64,000 nucleotides of DNA. It comes from PVC group bacterium (GTDB lineage: Bacteria; Verrucomicrobiota; Kiritimatiellia; PWTM01). The notes under the pieces are model-generated. The model made no database searches and was not told the DNA's origin. It worked only from the letters and a program-made list of their open reading frames with translations. Below are positions 26,406 to 36,700 of the stretch, one piece after another. Position numbers and translations under genes: made by a program. Within the stretch, counting starts at the first letter, position 1. Each line of letters starts with the position of its first letter. Where the stretch lies: assembly GCA_003563855.1 (NCBI GenBank), contig PWTM01000309.1, forward strand, positions 18,385 through 82,384, read 5' to 3'.

Positions 26406-26960
26406 TCATGCGCCCGCTTTCTTCTCCTCGATCGCCTTGAGCACGTAGACGATGCTCGCCGCCTTCTGGTGAAGCGCCCCGGCGAGCTGCCGCATCGGCG
26501 CCGCCAGCGTGCCGACCAGCATCGCCTGCATCACCGGCTTGGCCGGGAGGCTGCCCAGCGCCTTGACCTCTTCGGCCCCGATCCGCCGGCCCTCGACGAA
26601 CCCCGCCTTGACGACCGGCCGCTCATGCTCCTTCACGAAACCCAGCAGCGCCCGCGCCGCCTCGACGCCGTCGCCCTCGCCGGCCACGACCGCCGTGGCG
26701 CCGCCCAGCCCCTCGACCAGTACGCCGCACCCGGCCTCGTCCGCCGCCCGGCGGAAGAGCCGGTTGCGCACCACGCGGTAGCGACCGCCCGCCGACCGAA
26801 GCCGCGTGCGCAGCTCCGCCGTGCGCGCCATGCCCATGCCCCGGTTGTCGGCCAGGAACAGGAAGCCAGACCCCTCGATGAGCGATCGGAACTCCGCCAC
26901 CATCGCCGTCTTCTCCGGCCGGGCTTTCCGGCCCGCGGCCCGCCTGCTCGCTTCACTCAC
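26406..26960 (-). CDS. rplJ: 50S ribosomal protein L10
   Basis: L10-like from [27 protein letters not shown] onward. Proposed GTG start at 26960 with a GAAGGAGG RBS. It overlaps the rplA stop by 4 nt (GTGA). Confidence 0.8.
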   Translation of the reverse strand: MSEASRRAAGRKARPEKTAMVAEFRSLIEGSGFLFLADNRGMGMARTAELRTRLRSAGGRYRVVRNRLFRRAADEAGCGVLVEGLGGATAVVAGEGDGVEAARALLGFVKEHERPVVKAGFVEGRRIGAEEVKALGSLPAKPVMQAMLVGTLAAPMRQLAGALHQKAASIVYVLKAIEEKKAGA

Positions 26961-27652
26961 GCGACCGCCTCCTTCACCTGGATCCGCAGGCCCGGCCCCA
27001 TCGTCGAACTGACCGTGCAGCGCTTGATGTAGATGCCCCGCGCGGCCGCCGGCTTCGCCGCCCAGACCGCCTCGATCACGGCCTGCGCATTCTCCGCCAG
27101 GTCCGCCTCGGAGAACGAGAGCCGCCCGAACGGCGCCAGGATGTTCCCCTGCCGGTCCATGCGGAACTCGACCCGGCCCGCCTTGCACTGCCGCACCGCC
27201 GCGGCCGTGTCCGCCGTGACGGTCCCGGTCTTGGGGTTCGGCATCAGCCCCCGCGGCCCCAGCACCTTGCCCAGCTTGCGCACCTCGCGCATCGCCTCCG
27301 GCGTCGCCACGGCCACGTCAAAATCCAGCCAGCCGCCCTGCACCTTCGCCAGCAGATCCTCGAAGCCGACCGCCTCCGCGCCTGCCTCGCGCGCCGCCTC
27401 CGCGGCCGGCCCGTCCGCAAACACCGCCACGCGCACCTCCCGGCCCGTGCCGTGCGGGAGCGTCACCGTACCCCGCACCGCCTGGTCGGACTTCTTCGGG
27501 TCGAGCCCCATGCGGAAGGCGATCTCGGCCGTCTCGTCGAACGTCGCCACCGGGTGGGCCTTCATGAACCGGACCGCCTCGGTCAGCTCGTAGGTGCGCG
27601 CGCGGTCGACCTCGGTCGCCGCCGCGCGATACTTCTTCCCGTGCTTCGCCAT
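26957..27652 (-). CDS. rplA: 50S ribosomal protein L1
   Basis: MAKHGKKYRAAATEVDRARTYELTEAVRFMKA... Confidence 0.93.
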   Translation of the reverse strand: MAKHGKKYRAAATEVDRARTYELTEAVRFMKAHPVATFDETAEIAFRMGLDPKKSDQAVRGTVTLPHGTGREVRVAVFADGPAAEAAREAGAEAVGFEDLLAKVQGGWLDFDVAVATPEAMREVRKLGKVLGPRGLMPNPKTGTVTADTAAAVRQCKAGRVEFRMDRQGNILAPFGRLSFSEADLAENAQAVIEAVWAAKPAAARGIYIKRCTVSSTMGPGLRIQVKEAVA

Positions 27653-27653
27653 G

Positions 27654-28076
27654 CTACACCACCTCGATGCCCATGCTCCGGGCCGTGCCCTCGATGATCC
27701 GCACCGCCTGCGCCGTATCCGCCGCGTTCAGGTCCTTGACCTTCGTGCCGGCGATCTCCTCGACCTGCGCCCGTGTGACCTTCCCGACCTTCTCGCGATT
27801 GGGCGTCCCCGACCCCTTCGCGATCCCGGCAGCCCGCTTCAGAAGGACCGCGGCCGGCGGGCTCTTCGTGATGAACGTGAAGGACTTGTCCTGGTAGACC
27901 GTGATCACGACCGGGATCACCAGCCCCGCCTGGCTCTGCGTCGCCGCGTTGAACTGCTTGCAGAAGTCCATGATATTGACCCCCTGCTGGCCGAGTGCCG
28001 GCCCGACCGGGGGCGCCGGATTGGCCTGCCCCGCAGGGATCTGCAGCTTGACGATGCCCGTGATTCTTTTCGCCAT
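27654..28076 (-). CDS. rplK: 50S ribosomal protein L11
   Basis: [44 protein letters not shown]... Confidence 0.93.
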   Translation of the reverse strand: MAKRITGIVKLQIPAGQANPAPPVGPALGQQGVNIMDFCKQFNAATQSQAGLVIPVVITVYQDKSFTFITKSPPAAVLLKRAAGIAKGSGTPNREKVGKVTRAQVEEIAGTKVKDLNAADTAQAVRIIEGTARSMGIEVV

Positions 28077-28096
28077 AGTCCGGTTTCCCGCCCGCG

Positions 28097-28645
28097 CTAC
28101 CCGCGCTCCACCTGCGCGTACTCCAGTTCAACCGGCGCCGACCGGCCGAAGATCGAGACCGACACCTTCAGCTTGCCGTGCTCCGGATCCACCTCTTCCA
28201 CGACCCCCGCAAAATTCTGGAACGGCCCGTCCGTGATCGTAACCGTCTCGCCCGGCTCGAAGAGCACCTTCGGCCGGATCTTGTCCTTCTTCTCCTCCAT
28301 CTGCCGGAGGATGACCTCGACCTCTTCCGGCCGCAGCGGCACCGGCCGATCGCCGCCCACGAACCCGATGATCCCCGGCGTCTCCTGCGTGAAATACCAG
28401 ACGCGCTCGCGGATCGCCCGCTTCTCGTCGTAGAGCGCCATCTCCACCAGCACGTAGCCGGGGAAAAACTTCCGCACCGTCGTCGTCCGCCGCTGCCCCT
28501 TCGTCTCGGTCACCTTCTCCGTCGGAATCAGCACGGCCCCGAGGTACGCCCCCATGTCCTCGAGCCGGGCGCGCCGCTCGATGCTCTCCTTGACCTTGTT
28601 CTCCTGCCCGGAGAGCGTGTGCAGCACGAACCATTGCATTTCCAT
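28097..28645 (-). CDS. nusG: transcription termination/antitermination factor NusG
   Basis: The last 182 aa of the 291-aa track ORF ([18 protein letters not shown]..., with a KOW-type C-terminus) are NusG. Start at ATG 28645. Confidence 0.88.
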   Translation of the reverse strand: MEMQWFVLHTLSGQENKVKESIERRARLEDMGAYLGAVLIPTEKVTETKGQRRTTTVRKFFPGYVLVEMALYDEKRAIRERVWYFTQETPGIIGFVGGDRPVPLRPEEVEVILRQMEEKKDKIRPKVLFEPGETVTITDGPFQNFAGVVEEVDPEHGKLKVSVSIFGRSAPVELEYAQVERG

Positions 28646-28671
28646 GGCAGTCACCCGTCCCCCCGCCAGCC

Positions 28672-28875
28672 TCAGCGGATCACCGCCTCCAGGGCGAACC
28701 TCGTCACGACGTCGCTGAGCGCCACGAACGCGCTCAGCAGGATGACCGAGACGATCACGACCACCGTGGATTGCATCAGCTCGGGACGTGTCGGCCAGGC
28801 ACACTTCTTGAGCTCGACGTTCACCTCGTCCAGGAACTGGCGCAACTGCCGACTCCACGCCGCGATCTTGCTCAT
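28672..28875 (-). CDS. secE: preprotein translocase subunit SecE
   Basis: MSKIAAWSRQLRQFLDEVNVELKKCAWPTRPELMQSTVVVIVSVILLSAFVALSD (67 aa, single TM). It lies between nusG and tRNA-Trp. Confidence 0.8.
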   Translation of the reverse strand: MSKIAAWSRQLRQFLDEVNVELKKCAWPTRPELMQSTVVVIVSVILLSAFVALSDVVTRFALEAVIR

Positions 28876-28911
28876 CTCCACCGCCTTTCGCCGGCCTCGC
28901 CGCGCATGCGC

Positions 28912-28988
28912 TGGCAGGCCAGGAGGGACTCGAACCCCCAACAACCGGTTTTGGAGACCGGTGCTCTGCCAAATTGAGCTACTGGCCT
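28912..28988 (-). tRNA. tRNA-Trp (anticodon CCA), CCA end encoded
   Basis: Reverse complement is AGGCCAGTAGCTCAATTTGGCAGAGCACCGGTCTCCAAAACCGGTTGTTGGGGGTTCGAGTCCCTCCTGGCCTGCCA. It has a 7-bp acceptor stem, a CU-CCA-AA anticodon loop and a GTTCGAGTC T-arm. Confidence 0.85.
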
Positions 28989-29007
28989 GTCCGCGCCGCG
29001 CGGCCGG

Positions 29008-29160
29008 TCACCGCGTTTCCCGGTGCGCCGTGTGCCGGCGGTCGAACTTGCAGAACCGGCGGAGCTCCAGCCGGTCCGGTTTCGTCCGCTTGTTCTTCGT
29101 TGTCGTGTAGTTCCGCCGCTTGCACTCCGTGCACGCCAGCGTGATGATTTCCCGGGGCAT
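29008..29160 (-). CDS. rpmG: 50S ribosomal protein L33
   Basis: Not in the ORF track. Manual translation gives [50 protein letters not shown] (50 aa). Canonical position between tRNA-Trp/secE and tuf. Confidence 0.85.
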   Translation of the reverse strand: MPREIITLACTECKRRNYTTTKNKRTKPDRLELRRFCKFDRRHTAHRETR

Positions 29161-29229
29161 GACTCCACCCTCCGGCATGCGCAGACCGGGGCGGCTCGCC
29201 GCCGCCCCGGCCCACGCCGGCGCCTCGCG

Positions 29230-30438
<1,209 letters not shown>

Positions 30439-30499
30439 GACCCTATCTCCCCTGCTTCGGTTGCCCTGTTCCTGCCTTCCCCCGCCCGCGCGGCCCCGC

Positions 30500-30575
30500 T
30501 GGAGCCCACGAGCGGGATTGAACCGCTGACCTCATCCTTACCAAGGATGTGCTCTACCAACTGAGCTACGTGGGC
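30500..30575 (-). tRNA. tRNA-Thr (anticodon GGT), CCA end encoded
   Basis: Reverse complement is GCCCACGTAGCTCAGTTGGTAGAGCACATCCTTGGTAAGGATGAGGTCAGCGGTTCAATCCCGCTCGTGGGCTCCA. The anticodon loop is TT-GGT-AA. Confidence 0.85.
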
Positions 30576-31098
30576 CGCTCCCGCGTCCCGCGGCCCATCG
30601 GCCGCCCGCCGCGGACCTGCTCGACTCGTTCCTCCGTCCACCGACCGGACCTAGACAAAAAGACCCCCCGGCCGCCCGCGTTCCCACGGAGCAACGCGCC
30701 GGCGAGAAGCCTTCCTTTCCCGTCTTTTTTCGAAATCCCCGCCCCCGGTTGTTCCGATGGCGAACCGGGAGTCTAGCTAAACGAGCCGCTGTGTCAAACC
30801 GTTTTCTGCTTTTTTTCGACCGGGGGCCCTCGGGGTCCCTGAAGCAGCACGGGGGAGGCCCCGGCGAAAGGAGGAATCTTCCCTGCTGTCTTGACTCGCC
30901 ACGGGGCAACGGCACTATGACGGTCATGCTCGGAGCCGGGAGCGAGCACACAGGGGGGCAAGGGCCATTGGAACGGGCCCGCGGAGTCGTCACCCTGCTC
31001 TTTCGTGCCTCGCTGCGGATTCGGCCGGGGCCGGGGGGCCGTCGTGCGACCCGCCCTCGGCCCGCGATCGCTCAGCGCACGAGAGAGGGAAGGAAGCC

Positions 31099-31926
31099 AT
31101 GAGCAAGATGCGACCCAGCGGCGGATACCGGGACCTGCGCAGCTTCCAGATCGCCACGGTGATCTACGACGCCACCCACTGGTTCTGCGAGCGGTTCCTC
31201 GACCCGCGCTCGCGCACGTGCGACCAGATGATGCAGGCCGCCCGCAGCGGCCGGCAGAACATCGCCGAAGGCAGCCGCGCCTCCGCGACCTCGTCGCAGA
31301 CCGAGCTGCGGCTCCTGAACGTCGCGCGGTCGAGCCTCGAGGAACTCCTGCTCGACTACGAGGACTACCTGCGCCACCGCCGCCTGCCCCAATGGGCGCC
31401 CGAATCGGCCAAAGCCATGGAAGTCCGCGAAATCGGCCGCCGGCAAGGGCGGGAGGATCAGACCGATCGGACCGATCGGTCGGATCGGACCGATCCGTCC
31501 GATCAACCCGACGAAGAAGACCAGGCGCCGACGCGGATCGCCGACGACCGGCGCTATGCGCTCTACGCGCGCTGGCTGGACCACGCGGAGCCCGCCGTCC
31601 GCGCGAATGCGCTCATCTGCCTCATCCACCAGGCCAACACCCTGCTCGACCGCCAGATCCCGTCCCTCGAGCAGTCGTTCATCGAGGACGGCGGCTACAG
31701 CGAGCAACTCGCCGCCGCCCGCCTCGCCGAACGCCAGCGCCGGCGGGCGCGACAGACCGATCCGTCCGATCCGACTGATCCGTCCGATCCGTCCGATCGC
31801 ATCCCCGACTGCCCCGCCTGCGGAAGGCCGATGGTCCTGCGCACGGCAAAGCAGGGCCGGAATGCCGGCCGGCAGTTCTGGGGCTGCTCAGGCTACCCCG
31901 AATGCAAGGGAATCGCGGAGGTCTGA
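31099..31926 (+). CDS. four-helix-bundle (23S-rRNA-IVS-protein family) domain fused to a topoisomerase-type C4 zinc ribbon, with internal (T/S)D(R/P) microsatellite-encoded repeats
   Basis: N-terminus FQIATVIYDATHWFCERF...QNIAEGSRAS...LEELLLDYEDYL carries the four-helix-bundle family motifs (from memory). C-terminus CPACGRPMVLRTAKQGRNAGRQFWGCSGYPECKG is a topo-I-type zinc finger. GGAAGGAAG RBS. Two in-frame patches of 9-bp repeats encode TDRTDRSDRTDPSD and TDPSDPTDPSDPSD. Confidence 0.7.
   Translation: MSKMRPSGGYRDLRSFQIATVIYDATHWFCERFLDPRSRTCDQMMQAARSGRQNIAEGSRASATSSQTELRLLNVARSSLEELLLDYEDYLRHRRLPQWAPESAKAMEVREIGRRQGREDQTDRTDRSDRTDPSDQPDEEDQAPTRIADDRRYALYARWLDHAEPAVRANALICLIHQANTLLDRQIPSLEQSFIEDGGYSEQLAAARLAERQRRRARQTDPSDPTDPSDPSDRIPDCPACGRPMVLRTAKQGRNAGRQFWGCSGYPECKGIAEV
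31460..31505. repeat. 9-bp-period GATC-containing microsatellite (GACCGATCG/GATCCGTCC), intragenic patch 1
   Basis: Direct reading: gaccgatcggaccgatcggtcggatcggaccgatccgtccgatc. Confidence 0.8.
31755..31800. repeat. 9-bp-period microsatellite, intragenic patch 2
   Basis: gaccgatccgtccgatccgactgatccgtccgatccgtccgatcgc. Confidence 0.8.
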
Positions 31927-31939
31927 GCGATCCGCCTGA

Positions 31940-31991
31940 CCCAACCGATCCGTCCGATCCGTCCGATCCGACCGATCGGACCGATCCGTCC
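31940..31991. repeat. 9-bp-period microsatellite, intergenic patch just after the gene stop
   Basis: ccaaccgatccgtccgatccgtccgatccgaccgatcggaccgatccgtcc. Confidence 0.8.
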
Positions 31992-32024
31992 AAGAACCAC
32001 GACAACGCGCCCGGCCGACGCCGG

Positions 32025-33332
32025 CTACGGGAGTTCGACCCCCCCCGCGTAGGCCCCCTCCGCCGGCTGGATGCCGAGCAGGCGGGCGACGGTGGCGTGC
32101 AGTTGAAGGGAATGCGTCGGGCCGAGGTCCACGCCGCCGAGCGGGTCCGGGTACCGCCAGATGAGCAGTATCCCGTTCATCTCCGGGTTCTCCGCCACGT
32201 CGCAGCCGTGCATGCCGAGCGACGCCCGGGCCTCCGCCGGGGTGCCGGTCAGGGCCTCCAGCCGGCGCCCGAACGTGTAGCCGGCGGGGAGCGTGATCAC
32301 CAGGTCCCCGGTCCGGGTCGGATGCGCGTACCCCCAGCGCTCCGGCAGCTCCTCGCGACGGTAGACCGTGGCGAAGGCGTGCGGCGCGACGGACCGGATC
32401 ACGGCGTCCAGCCGCCGCTCCCGTTCCGCTTCGTCGGCGATGCCGTGCACATACACGTGGGCCAGCGTGCCGGAGGCCATGACCAGCACCTTCTCCTCGC
32501 GTTCCTCCTCGCGGTCGACGCCGGCGAGGAGGAGGGGGTGGACGACGGTGTGCACCTCGCTCATGCCATGGTCGGAGGTGACGATGAAGTAGAGCACATC
32601 CCCCCGGCGCATGCGGCGCCGGAAGATGCGGACCGCCTGCTCCGCCATCCAGTCCAGGTGCGCATCGGTCGCGCGCATCGACGCATCGACCTCGGGGGCG
32701 TTCGGGCCGAACTCGTGCCCCACCTTGTCGGGCATGACCTGGTAGCCCATGACGAGTTGAAGGGGCGGCCGGCCGGTGTCCTTCCGCCAGACCCGTTCCA
32801 GCCGTTCGACCCGCTGCCGGTCCGTCATGCGGTCGTCATACCGGTCGCCCGAATAGGCGGCGGCGTATGCGCCGGACTGGCGATGGGACAGGACCCAGTC
32901 ATGGACGGCCACGCGCAGACCCTGCCGCTGCGCGGTCGTCCAGATCGGCTCGGCTTCGAGCAGGAACCCGAAGGGGGGATAGGCGTAACGCCGGCCCCGC
33001 GCGGTGTCGAAGAAAGAGTTCATCGGGATCCCGTGCCGGTCGACGGTCACCCCCGTGGCCTGCGAGGCGTGACTGGGGAACGTCATCGACGGGAAGACGG
33101 GGGCCAGCGCCAGCGAGTAGGCGCCCTCCTCCATCATGCGGCGGAAGAAGGGCAGCTCGGTGCGGTCGAGGTAGTCGGGTCGCACCCCGTCGACGCTGAT
33201 CCAGACCACGACCGCGCGCGACTCGCCGGCCGCCCCGGTCCGATCCCGCCACGCCGCGCAACCGACCAGGACCAGCAGCAGGGCCAGCCCCAGGGTCAAC
33301 CCGGCGCGGCGGAAAAACGTGCGCCTCTTCAT
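32025..33332 (-). CDS. secreted ectonucleotide pyrophosphatase/phosphodiesterase (alkaline-phosphatase superfamily, NPP type), probable lipoprotein
   Basis: Signal/lipobox LLLVLVGC. VVVWISVDGVRPDYL and FPSMTFPSHASQATG match the NPP metal-binding/nucleophile motifs (from memory). Confidence 0.75.
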   Translation of the reverse strand: MKRRTFFRRAGLTLGLALLLVLVGCAAWRDRTGAAGESRAVVVWISVDGVRPDYLDRTELPFFRRMMEEGAYSLALAPVFPSMTFPSHASQATGVTVDRHGIPMNSFFDTARGRRYAYPPFGFLLEAEPIWTTAQRQGLRVAVHDWVLSHRQSGAYAAAYSGDRYDDRMTDRQRVERLERVWRKDTGRPPLQLVMGYQVMPDKVGHEFGPNAPEVDASMRATDAHLDWMAEQAVRIFRRRMRRGDVLYFIVTSDHGMSEVHTVVHPLLLAGVDREEEREEKVLVMASGTLAHVYVHGIADEAERERRLDAVIRSVAPHAFATVYRREELPERWGYAHPTRTGDLVITLPAGYTFGRRLEALTGTPAEARASLGMHGCDVAENPEMNGILLIWRYPDPLGGVDLGPTHSLQLHATVARLLGIQPAEGAYAGGVELP

Positions 33333-33359
33333 CCGCCGAATCTACCCGCCGGCGCCGGG

Positions 33360-33450
33360 GAATCAAGCACCCTCCCCCGTCTTCGTCCTCGTCCCTCGAC
33401 CCCACTCCGGCGTCGGGAGTCCGGCGTCCGGCGTCCCGCGCACGCCGCGG
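33360..33450. repeat. composite GC-rich intergenic repeat element, copy a (GAGGAC-rich arm, G-run, CCGGCGTCGGGAGTCCGGCGTCCGGCGTCC core)
   Basis: cgtcctcgtccctcgaccccactccggcgtcgggagtccggcgtccggcgtccc; near-identical core at 39118 and 40522. Confidence 0.75.
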
Positions 33451-33756
33451 AGACGGGGGGCTGACCAAACCTGACGCGGCGCGGCACGGGCTCTCCAAGG
33501 CCTGGAAAGCGCGCGGTCGTTCGCTGCCAAGGCTTGGACGCGGCCGAGCATCCGCTCGGCATCCTCCCGGGGTTGTCCCCCTCCCTCTCCTGCCGACCGG
33601 ACGGTCGGCGCTCCCGGCGCTTCCGTCCCCCGCTCCCTGCCCGGCGCCTTCGCCGTGCAGGACTCCGCCGCTATGGAGTATGCGCAGGCTCCCCTCATCG
33701 CCGGCCAGCCTTGGGCACACGACGCCCGCGGGCGAGCCGGCACAGGCGACCTATGA

Positions 33757-36700
33757 CTAGCGGCGCTCGACGCGAAGGCGGATGAATAACCGGCCGTCTT
33801 CCGCCAGGCTTTCGCTGAAGTCGACGATCACCTTGTCGATGCCGGTGCCGAAGCCGTCGCCTATCTCGCTTATGTCGATTTCCTCGATCTGTTCATCGTC
33901 CGCTTCGGCCCAGGCGACGAGATCGGTGCTGAACATCGCAACGAGGGCGGCGTCTTTCGCGAAGACGGCCCTGCGATAGGTGAAGCGGAGAAAGTCCTCG
34001 CCTTCGCCCGCGATCCGCTCGAGCGTCGGCAATAACCCGCGGGCATCCTCGTCCGGACCCTCCGCGCCCAGCGCCCAGGCGAGGCCGTTGGCCACGCCGT
34101 CGCCCAGGAAGTCGTCGTCGAAACCCGTCTGGCCTTCGAAGCCGTCCATCCATTCCTCGAAGGGCATCGAATCCGGCGCGGTGGAAACGATGATCACCAC
34201 CTCGTCGTATACCTGCTGGAAGCCGTCGTCCGCCGTCAGGCGGAGCGTATACTCGCCTTCGCCAAAGAACGCGACGGTGGTCTCGGGGTCGGACGGATCA
34301 TCGAAGACCACCCGCACGTCGGGACCGTCGATCTTGCTCCACTCGGTCGTCAGCGGATCCCCGTCAGGGTCGAGGGCCGACCCATTGAGGGTAACAACGG
34401 CACTCGGAGCGCCGGGTGCGACATCCTCGTAGGGATGTCCTTCTTCCAAGGTCACCCCCCACTTGTGCGCCAGATACCCCTCAATTTGCCGGGCCGTTTC
34501 CGCATCTTCTTCGCCATCGGTAAAAATGAATTCGCCTGCGGCTCCATGATCCCAATACTGCCAGTCATTGGCTCCACCCAAAAGCCTCCAAACCGAATCA
34601 ATGGAGGAATCAGCAACCGCTTTCCAAAGCGTTGGCCCCATGGGCAATGCAGCAGTCGTCGATGATTCAGAACCATCGCGATACATGGTGAACGGATAAT
34701 CCGACCCGGTCCTCCATGCTGTCCCGCCGTTGCTGCCTTGCACTCTGGCGTCATTGGTGTTTTGGGACAAGAGCACCCGATGACTTGAGAATGTAGCGTT
34801 GTCGTAGTACGTGACAATATATGCGTTGCGCAATTCGAATGCACCAGTTGTTTCCAAGAATGTCCTGTTGCCCCCCGAACGTCCAACTGTGGGCATATCG
34901 TTCAAAAGGCTATCTTCGGCATTGAATGGCGGTCTTAATGATGCGTCACTCTGCTCGGCATGATTCTCGTTGCCGGACTTGTCACTCCACACATGAACCT
35001 TTCCATCAACAATATCCAGCGTGGATTCATCCATGGCATCAAACCAGGCGGCAAGATTCACTTGCTCCGGCGTCCACGGTGCGCTCTCGGTCATATACAC
35101 CGTCTGGTCCGGTCCCGCATCGACCTCCGGCGGAGCCTTCCACCGGGCGTAAAGCGTCACATCTTCAGCCGGCATGGCAAAGGTCGCATCCGCCGCGTAA
35201 CCGATACCTGTACCATCCGCCGCGGTATTCCATCCGCCGAATACGAATCCGGCGCGCACCAGGTTGCCCGTATTGCCAAGGACCGTCACGTCCGAACCGG
35301 GCAGATACGGCCCTTCGGTATCGACCGGCACATCGCCGCTGTCGGCGTTGTTGGCATGATAGGTGACGCTGTACCGTCGCAGGGTCGTGGCGGAGAGCGT
35401 GTCCGACCAGCCGGTCTCGTTCTGCGCCGGCGCCTTGTCGCGCGCGCGGACGCGGTAGCTGTAGGTCGTCTCCGGGGTGAGGCCGGTGTCGGTGTAGACG
35501 GTGCTGTCCTGCCAGCCGCTGTCGGATCCGCCCGGATTGCCAGAGGTCTCTTCGAAGAAGTACTCGACGCCGCTCGGATCGCTGGCGGTGGTGGCCGTCA
35601 TCGTGATCGAGGTCTCGCCGGTCGCGGTGGGCGCGACGGCGAAGGTCATCGGATCGGGCGTCGGCGGATCGAGGTCCGGTGCGTCGGTCGTGGCCGAGGC
35701 CGGCTCGGAGTCGGCCGTGGTGTTGCCGATCGAATCGCGGGCGCGGACCACGTAGGTATACGTCGTGCCCGGGCTGAGGCCGGTATCGGTGTATTCCGGA
35801 GACGCCTGCCAGTCGGAGTCGCTCCCGCCGTCGGTCGCCTCGAAGTAGTATTCGACGCCGTTGATGTCGACGGCGGTGGTGGCCGTCATCGTGATCGCGT
35901 TTTCGCCGAGCGCGGCGGGCGGCGAGGCGAAGGTCATCGGATCGGGCGTCGGCGGGGTAGTGTCGAGCCCGGCCGTCGCGCTGCGTTCGTCGGACCATTC
36001 CCCGACGTTCCCCACGGCGTCGCGGGCTTGCACCCGGAACGTGTAGGTCTCGCCGTCGGCGAGGCCGGTGCTGTCCCAGCGGGTCTCGGTGATCCAGCCG
36101 CTGTCTTCCCCCGTCGTCACGTTCTCGAAGAGGTATTCGACCGGGCCGGAGGGATCGGCGGCGGTGGTGGCGACCATTCCGATGACGCCGGATTCGACCG
36201 GGCTCGGCGGGATGGCGAAGGTCATCGGGTTGGGCGTGGGCGGCGTCTCGTCGTCCATCAATTCGATCATGGCGCGACCGAGGGCATCGCCGACGAGCAG
36301 GAAGGTTTCGGCGTTGTGGTTGTAGTGGTAGCCCGTGCTGCTCGGGGACACATCACTCGCTCTCCAGTAGGAGCGTGCTTCGACGGTCTTCACGTTGCCC
36401 TCGAACTGCGGGTAGTTGCCCGTTTCGCCATCGACCGCGAGCTGCGCCTCGGCCACGGTTAGCGTATTGCCACTCATATCCCAGCCGGAAAACGCGATCG
36501 TGGCCAGCACGAAAGGCGCATTGGGGGCGATGTTGTCGGGATAGCGGTTCTCGTAATAGCCCCGCAACTGCTCGATGAACTGCACGAGATTCTGCTCGTA
36601 ACGGCCGGCCGTGCGAGAATTGCCCTGGTCCCAGTGCCCTTGAAACCACGCAAAACCGGCGATCTCGAAGCCCTGGTCGGCCCATTGGGGATATTCGGCT

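Noticed and set aside
30886-30925. Possible sigma70-like promoter (TTGACT ... ACTATGAC) upstream of the 31099 gene
   Set aside because: Weak -10 element and imperfect spacing. Promoters in high-GC genomes cannot be called reliably by eye.
33363-33743. 126-aa ORF in the intergenic region downstream of the giant esterase gene
   Set aside because: Arg/Gly/Ala-rich with no recognisable family. It overlaps the composite repeat and is probably spurious.
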